A DNA stretch of 30,683 nt, from the UHGV virus genome UHGV-0109493; one strand, written 5' to 3'. Positions 25,709 to 30,683 of the stretch are shown here, piece after piece. The position numbers and the translations under genes are program-made. This stretch comes from a virus. The notes beneath the pieces were generated by a model. That model had not been told where the DNA came from. It ran no database searches and saw nothing but the letters and a program-made list of their open reading frames with translations. Within the stretch, counting starts at the first letter, position 1, and the number at the start of each line of letters is the position of its first letter.

Positions 25709-26106
25709 ACCGACACACACAAATTCGTCAGGCCGTACTTTCGCGCCTGAAAACGACGTGCGGGGAGAAGACCGTCCTGTTTGACGGCCTTCCTGCCTTT
25801 ATTGATGCGCAGGAGCTGCCTGCCGTGGCGGTGTGGCTGAGTGATGCACAGTACACCGGAAAAATGACGGATGAGGATGACTGGCTGGCAGTTCTGCATG
25901 TCGCCGTCTTTATCCGTGCACAGGCACCGGATTCTGATCTGGATACGTGGATGGACAACATTATTTACCCGGCACTGGAGGATATTCCGGCGCTTTACGG
26001 CCTTATCGATACCATGAGCCCACGGGGATTTAACTATCAGCGTGATAACGATATGGCAACATGGGCGATGGCGGAAATCACGTATCAAATCACATATACA
26101 AATTAA
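25705..26106 (+). CDS. Tail terminator protein U-like
   Basis: 133-aa product MNRHTQIRQAVLSRLKTTCGEKTVLFDGLPAFIDAQELPAVAVWLSDAQYTG ending ITYQITYTN, resembling recalled lambda gpU. Confidence 0.8.
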   Translation: MNRHTQIRQAVLSRLKTTCGEKTVLFDGLPAFIDAQELPAVAVWLSDAQYTGKMTDEDDWLAVLHVAVFIRAQAPDSDLDTWMDNIIYPALEDIPALYGLIDTMSPRGFNYQRDNDMATWAMAEITYQITYTN

Positions 26107-26116
26107 GGGGTGGGAA

Positions 26117-26857
26117 ATGACGACACCGAATCCACTTGAAAAAATGAAAGGGGCGGGGACGACGTTCTGGATGTATACCGGCAAGGGCGACGCATTTGCG
26201 AATCCTTTGTCAGATACGGACTGGTTGCGCCTCGCGATGGTGAAGGATCTGCAGCCGGGGGAAATGACTGCAGATGCGGAAGATGACGATTATCTCGATG
26301 ATGAAAATGCTGACTGGAAAACGACAACTCAGGGGCAAAAATCTGTTGGTGATACATCCGCGACGCTGGCCTGGCGTCCGGGTGACAGCGGACAGAAAAA
26401 ACTGATTCAGTTGTTTGATTCCGGTGAAGTTCGTGCATTCCGCATTAAATACCCTAACGGTACCGTTGATGTGTTCCGCGGCTGGCTGAGTTCGCTGGGT
26501 AAAACCATTACGTCAAAAGATGTGATGACCCGTACGGTTAAAATCAGCGGTGTGGGGCGTCCGTATCTGGCTGAGGAGGGGACTGAAATTGTGGGGGTGA
26601 CCGGGCTGACAGTAATGCCGGTTTCCGCCAGTGTCAGAGTGGGGGCAACGACGACGCTGACATTCAGCACAGTACCGGAAGATGCTTCTGATAAAACGGT
26701 GAGTGTGGCGTCATCATCTCCTGATATCGCCACGGTTACGCTGAGTGGCATGGTGGCCACGGTGAAAGGTGTGAAAGCGGGCAGCACCTCGATTGTGGGG
26801 ATGACTGCGGGTGGTGCGCAGGTTGCTGTGGCCGGTATTACCGTTAATGGTGATTAA
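26117..26857 (+). CDS. Major tail protein V-like with C-terminal Ig-like (Big_2) region
   Basis: 246-aa product MTTPNPLEKMKGAGTTFWMYTGKGDAFANPLSDTDWLRLAMVKDLQPGEMTA, closely resembling recalled lambda gpV. Confidence 0.85.
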   Translation: MTTPNPLEKMKGAGTTFWMYTGKGDAFANPLSDTDWLRLAMVKDLQPGEMTADAEDDDYLDDENADWKTTTQGQKSVGDTSATLAWRPGDSGQKKLIQLFDSGEVRAFRIKYPNGTVDVFRGWLSSLGKTITSKDVMTRTVKISGVGRPYLAEEGTEIVGVTGLTVMPVSASVRVGATTTLTFSTVPEDASDKTVSVASSSPDIATVTLSGMVATVKGVKAGSTSIVGMTAGGAQVAVAGITVNGD

Positions 26858-26876
26858 CCTGGCAGTCTGTTTTTTA

Positions 26877-26898
26877 CCCCGGTATGCCGGGGTTTTTT
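26877..26898 (+). terminator. Rho-independent terminator after the major tail gene
   Basis: ccccgg tatg ccgggg followed by tttttt, about 20 bp after the V-like stop. Confidence 0.75.
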
Positions 26899-26913
26899 GT
26901 TTACGGAGGGGAC

Positions 26914-27303
26914 ATGTTTCTGAAACAGGACACATTTAACTACGGTAATCAGTCTGTGGTACTGACGGAATTATCCGGACTTCAGCGGGTGGAGTATCTG
27001 GCGTTTGTCCAGAAACGGACAGCTGAGTTTGACGCCCTGGATGATGCCATGCCGGTGGCGGATCGTCAGATTGAATTTCTGCGTATGGGGATGGATATCA
27101 ATGCCTGGCTGGTTTCCAGGTCAATGTGGAATACGGACCCGTCACAGGATGTGGATGCGCTGAATGAGGATGTAAAAAACACCTGGTCTTATGACGCGCT
27201 TGGCGACGGGGGCAGTCTGGTTTTATCCCTGAGTGGTATGCCGGTCTCCACCGGTGATGTTCAGAACGGTGAACAGGTTCCCCTGACACCGGAAAAGTCC
27301 TGA
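26914..27303 (+). CDS. Tail assembly chaperone G-like
   Basis: 129-aa product MFLKQDTFNYGNQSVVLTELSGLQRVEYLAFVQKR resembling recalled lambda gpG. GGAGGG precedes the ATG at 26914. Confidence 0.8.
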   Translation: MFLKQDTFNYGNQSVVLTELSGLQRVEYLAFVQKRTAEFDALDDAMPVADRQIEFLRMGMDINAWLVSRSMWNTDPSQDVDALNEDVKNTWSYDALGDGGSLVLSLSGMPVSTGDVQNGEQVPLTPEKS

Positions 27304-27626
27304 CGCGGGAGATGCAGTTTGTGATGCAGCTTGCCCGTGAGTTCCGGCGGGCAGACTGGCGGCGGATGTTATCAGAAATGTCAGCGTCAGAACTGGGCGA
27401 ATGGGGGGATTTCTTCCGGAAGCAGAGTTTCGGGGATATCTGGCTGGATGCACAGATTTCCACACTGAAGTCGCTGATGGTTCAGATGGTGTCCGGTGAA
27501 CGTATTCCGGCTGATGATTTCAGTCTGGTTACGGATGACAGGGTGATCCCTGAACGCACGGATGAAGAGCTGATGCATCTGGGGGAAGGTATATCGGGAG
27601 GAATGAGATTTGGACCAGATTGCTGA
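26914..27626 (+). CDS. G-T-like fusion by programmed -1 ribosomal frameshift (inferred)
   Basis: A -1 frame ORF (MQFVMQLAREFRRADWRRMLSEMSASELGEWGDFFRKQSF) continues past the G stop. That frame is open only from 27273, so any slip must lie in 27273-27303; gaaaag at 27292-27297 is the candidate site. Confidence 0.5.
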
Positions 27627-30600
27627 CCTTGTCATTGATTTAAGCATTGATACCGCCGATTTTAAAGAGCAGCTTCCGCGTGTAAAAAATCTGCTGAATG
27701 GTACAGCAAGGGAGGCGGAGCGGGCCGAAGCCCGTATGAAACGGTTTGAGGAAAGTCAGAAACAGGCTGCCAGCGCGACGGTGATACAGACTCAGGCCGT
27801 GGTGAAGCATGCGCAGGGGCATGTTTCGCTGGCGGAAGATGTGGAAAGGGCGCGCCTGCGGATGGAGGCCCTGAGTCGTCAGATGCGGGAGGAGCAGGTT
27901 CAGGCGGCTGCGCTGGCTGCGGCGCAGGATAAGATGGCTGCCGCATTTTATCGTCAGATCGACAGCGTAAAACAGGCCAGTGCGGGGCTGCAGGAGTTAC
28001 AGCGTATTCAGCAGCAGATCCGACAGGCCAGAAACAGTGGCGGGATTGCTCAGCAGGATTATCTGGCCCTGATTTCTGAGGTGACAGCGAAAACCCGCGT
28101 TCTGACACAGGCAGAGGAAACGGCCACCCGCCAGAAAACCGCATTTATTCGTCAGCTGAAAGAACAGACAAGTCGCCAGAAAATGACCACGACGGAACTG
28201 CTTCGGGCAAAGGCGGCACAACTTGGGTGCAGCAGTGCCGCGGAGGTGTACATCCGTAAAATGGAGAAAGCCGGAAACACCACACATTCGCTGGGACTGA
28301 AAAGTGCGGCAGCCCGTCGGGAGCTGGGGGTCATGATTGGTGAGCTGGCGCGAGGTAATTTCGGTGCGCTTCGTGGCTCCGGGATCACCCTGGCTAACCG
28401 TGCCGGCTGGATTGATAAATTAATGACTCCGAAAGGCCTGGCGGTGGGGGGAGTTATCGGAGGGATCACTGCTGCGGTTATTGGTCTGGGTAAAGCCTGG
28501 ATGGAGGGGCAGGAAGAAGGCGAAGCCTTTAACCGGCAGCTTGAGCTCACCGGACACTATGCCGGTGTGACAGCCGGGCAGTTGTGGGCGCTCAGTAAAA
28601 ATCTTTCCGGTAATGGCATCACGCAACATGCCATGGCGGGGTCACTGGCGCAGGTAGTGGGGAGCGGTGCATTTCACGGTAACGATATTGGTATGGTGGC
28701 GAAAGCTGCCGCACAGATGGAACGCTCGGTAGGGCAGTCTGTCAGTGACACCATCAGTCAGTTTAAACGGCTGAAGGATGATCCGGTCAGTGCTGCGAAG
28801 GCGCTGGATGATGAACTGCATTTTCTGACAGCCACCCAGCTTGAACAGATCCGTGTGCTCGGAGAGCAGGGGCGCACCAGTGACGCAGCCCGGATAGCCA
28901 TGTCTGCACTGGCAGAGGAAACCGGTAAACGTACGTCGGATATTGATAATAACCTCAATGCGCTGGGCAGTACGCTGCAAACCTTGTCTGACTGGTGGAA
29001 GCAGTTCTGGGATGCGGCCATGAACATTGGTCGGGAAGATTCCCTTGATGCGCAGATTGCGTCGCTGCAGGAAAAAATTCAGCGGGCGAAGAAATTTCCG
29101 TGGACTAAGGCGTCCACCACGGGGGAATACGATCAGCAACAACTGGATGCGCTGCAAGAGCGAAAACGCCAGCAGGATTTGCAGGATGCAAAAGAGCAGG
29201 CTGAGCGAAATTATCAGGAGCAGCAGAAACGCCGGAATGCTGAAAATGCCGCGCTGAACCGGATGAACGAAACGGAAGCAGCACGACATCAGCGTGAAAT
29301 TGCGCGTATTAATGCCATGCAGTACGCCGATCAGGCGGTCAGGGACGCAGCGATACAGCGTGAAAATGAACGTTACGAAAAAGCCATTAAGAAAAAAACG
29401 CCTGCCACCCGTAATGATGAGGCCACCCGGCTATTACTGCAGTACAGCCAGCAACAGGCGCAGGTGGAGGGACAGATTGCCGCCGCCAGACAGTCAGCGG
29501 GCATGGCTACTGAAAGGATGACAGAAGCGCATAAACAGCTTCTGGCCCTTCAGCAGCGTATCAGCGATTTAGCCGGTAAAAAACTGACAGCAGATGAAAA
29601 AAGTGTACTGGCTCACAAGGATGAGCTGATTCAGGCACTGACGCTGCTGGATGCAAAACAGCAGGAGCTGCAGAAGCAGACTGCCCTCAATGACCTGAAG
29701 AAAAAGACCATTCAGCTGACCAGTCAACTGGCTGAGGAAGAGCGCGCACAGCGTCAGCAACACGATCTGGACGTTGCCATGGCAGGAATGGGCGATCAGC
29801 AACGGCAGCGGTACCAGTCGCAGTTGCGTCTACGACAGCAGTACCAGCAACAGCTGGAGCAACTTGAACGGGACAGTAAGCAGAAAGGCTCGTATGGTTC
29901 TGACGCATACCGGAAGGCTGAACAGACGCTGACAGACAGTCTGAACCGGAAACTGAATGAGAATCGCCGCTACTGGCAACAGATGGATGCTGCGCAGGGG
30001 GAGTGGAGAAACGGTACAAAACGCGCGTTCATGAATTTTACTGCCGACGCGGATAATGCTGCCGGGACTGCAGAACAGATGTTTATGTCTGCTTTCAGTA
30101 GTATGGGAAATGGTCTGGCAACTTTTGTTACCACCGGCAAACTCAATTTCAAATCTTTCACCTCATCTGTGCTGTCAGATATGGCAAAAATTCTGGCGCA
30201 GGCAACCATGATGAAGGCTGTCAAAGGGATTGGCAGTGTGATGGGGTTTGATTTCGGTGATGTGAAAACCAATGCAGAAGGTGGTGTTTATCAGTCTGCT
30301 GATTTGAGTCGCTACAGTGGCACGGTGGTTAACCGTCCGACGTTTTTTGCTTTTGCAAAAGGCGCGGGGGTGATGGGTGAAGCGGGGCCTGAGGCTATCC
30401 TGCCCTTGCGCAGGGGGGCTGACGGTAAGCTGGGTGTTGTGGCAGCGACCTGTGGTTCGGGGATGGTGATGTTTGCGCCGCAGTACAACATCGAGATCAA
30501 TAATGATGGCCAGAACGGACAGATTGGGCCGGAAGTCATGCAGGCGGTTTACAACCTGGGGAAAAGGGCTGCAGAAGATTTTATGCAACAACAGTCCCGT

Positions 30601-30633
30601 GATGGCGGGCAGTTAAGCGGAGTATACCGGTGA
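27610..30633 (+). CDS. Tail tape-measure protein (lambda gpH-like)
   Basis: 1007-aa ORF MDQIADLVIDLSIDTADFKEQLPRVKNLL with a long Q/A/R-rich coiled region. Starts at a TTG (27610) 9 nt after GGAGG; no in-frame ATG nearby, so the start is uncertain. Confidence 0.85.
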   Translation: MDQIADLVIDLSIDTADFKEQLPRVKNLLNGTAREAERAEARMKRFEESQKQAASATVIQTQAVVKHAQGHVSLAEDVERARLRMEALSRQMREEQVQAAALAAAQDKMAAAFYRQIDSVKQASAGLQELQRIQQQIRQARNSGGIAQQDYLALISEVTAKTRVLTQAEETATRQKTAFIRQLKEQTSRQKMTTTELLRAKAAQLGCSSAAEVYIRKMEKAGNTTHSLGLKSAAARRELGVMIGELARGNFGALRGSGITLANRAGWIDKLMTPKGLAVGGVIGGITAAVIGLGKAWMEGQEEGEAFNRQLELTGHYAGVTAGQLWALSKNLSGNGITQHAMAGSLAQVVGSGAFHGNDIGMVAKAAAQMERSVGQSVSDTISQFKRLKDDPVSAAKALDDELHFLTATQLEQIRVLGEQGRTSDAARIAMSALAEETGKRTSDIDNNLNALGSTLQTLSDWWKQFWDAAMNIGREDSLDAQIASLQEKIQRAKKFPWTKASTTGEYDQQQLDALQERKRQQDLQDAKEQAERNYQEQQKRRNAENAALNRMNETEAARHQREIARINAMQYADQAVRDAAIQRENERYEKAIKKKTPATRNDEATRLLLQYSQQQAQVEGQIAAARQSAGMATERMTEAHKQLLALQQRISDLAGKKLTADEKSVLAHKDELIQALTLLDAKQQELQKQTALNDLKKKTIQLTSQLAEEERAQRQQHDLDVAMAGMGDQQRQRYQSQLRLRQQYQQQLEQLERDSKQKGSYGSDAYRKAEQTLTDSLNRKLNENRRYWQQMDAAQGEWRNGTKRAFMNFTADADNAAGTAEQMFMSAFSSMGNGLATFVTTGKLNFKSFTSSVLSDMAKILAQATMMKAVKGIGSVMGFDFGDVKTNAEGGVYQSADLSRYSGTVVNRPTFFAFAKGAGVMGEAGPEAILPLRRGADGKLGVVAATCGSGMVMFAPQYNIEINNDGQNGQIGPEVMQAVYNLGKRAAEDFMQQQSRDGGQLSGVYR

Positions 30634-30683
30634 TGGAGATATTTAGCTGGAAAGTCCGTCCGGATATGAAGGTGGATTCAGAG
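30633..30683 (+). CDS. Minor tail protein M-like (5' end only, truncated by window edge)
   Basis: Hand-translated MEIFSWKVRPDMKVDSE resembles recalled lambda gpM N-terminus (MKTFRWKVKPGMDV). ATG overlaps the tape-measure stop. Confidence 0.6.
   Translation, partial: MEIFSWKVRPDMKVDSE

Larger units (their letters stand above)
1..30683. mobile_element. Lambdoid cos-type prophage (partial; early-left recombination genes through start of tail gene M)
   Basis: Uninterrupted lambda-like gene order: recombination, immunity, replication, Q, lysis, cos, terminase, portal, capsid, tail. Individual calls rest on recalled family similarity of the translated ORFs. Confidence 0.9.

Noticed and set aside
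25537-30591. Antisense ORFs within tail genes (for example 25537..26184, 26407..26787, 27662..28144, 28642..29289, 29687..30019, 30175..30591)
   Set aside because: Shadow frames of the Z, U, V and tape-measure genes; the tape-measure gene is repetitive and Q/A/R-rich, which produces long open antisense frames.
27610-30633. Possibility that the repetitive tape-measure region is a separate repeat element or CRISPR-like array
   Set aside because: The repetition is at the amino-acid level (coiled-coil QQ/AA/RR-rich protein), with no regular direct-repeat and spacer architecture in the DNA.
1-30683. tRNA, rRNA, CRISPR arrays, insertion sequences, integrase
   Set aside because: I saw no tRNA-like conserved arms, no regularly spaced direct repeats, no transposase or integrase-sized ORFs and no terminal inverted repeats. 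Integrase and attachment sites presumably lie outside the window.

Overview
This window reads as most of one cos-type lambdoid prophage of an Escherichia-like enterobacterium, and I did not find a large, clearly novel multi-gene system in it. All identifications rest on reading the six-frame translations and the DNA and comparing them from memory with known phage and prophage protein families; no database search was run. Left to right: a leftward early operon (recT, recE, racC, ydaE-like, kilR, sieB, ydaF-like); an immunity switch (DicA-like repressor divergent from a DicC-like Cro); a replication module (YdaT-like, YdaU-like with palindromic repeats, DnaC-like loader); an accessory region of small orphan genes with an embedded hok/sok-like type I toxin-antitoxin locus; DUF1367-like and YbcO-like proteins and a putative Q antiterminator followed by a short terminated leader; an AT-rich AppY-like AraC regulator in the Q-to-lysis cargo slot; a lysis cassette (two membrane proteins plus a GH108-type endolysin, no spanin seen); bor and ybcV-like on the minus strand; a lambda-like cos region; then terminase, portal, a protease-capsid fusion ORF, and lambda-order tail genes (Z, U, V, G/G-T, H, start of M). 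The most interesting items are small and local: the hok/sok-like locus, three copies of a 19-bp palindrome in and just upstream of the ydaU-like gene (candidate origin iterons), the AppY-like cargo gene, two very acidic tiny proteins that could be anti-defence DNA mimics, and recurring TTAG-N6-CTAA candidate operators.
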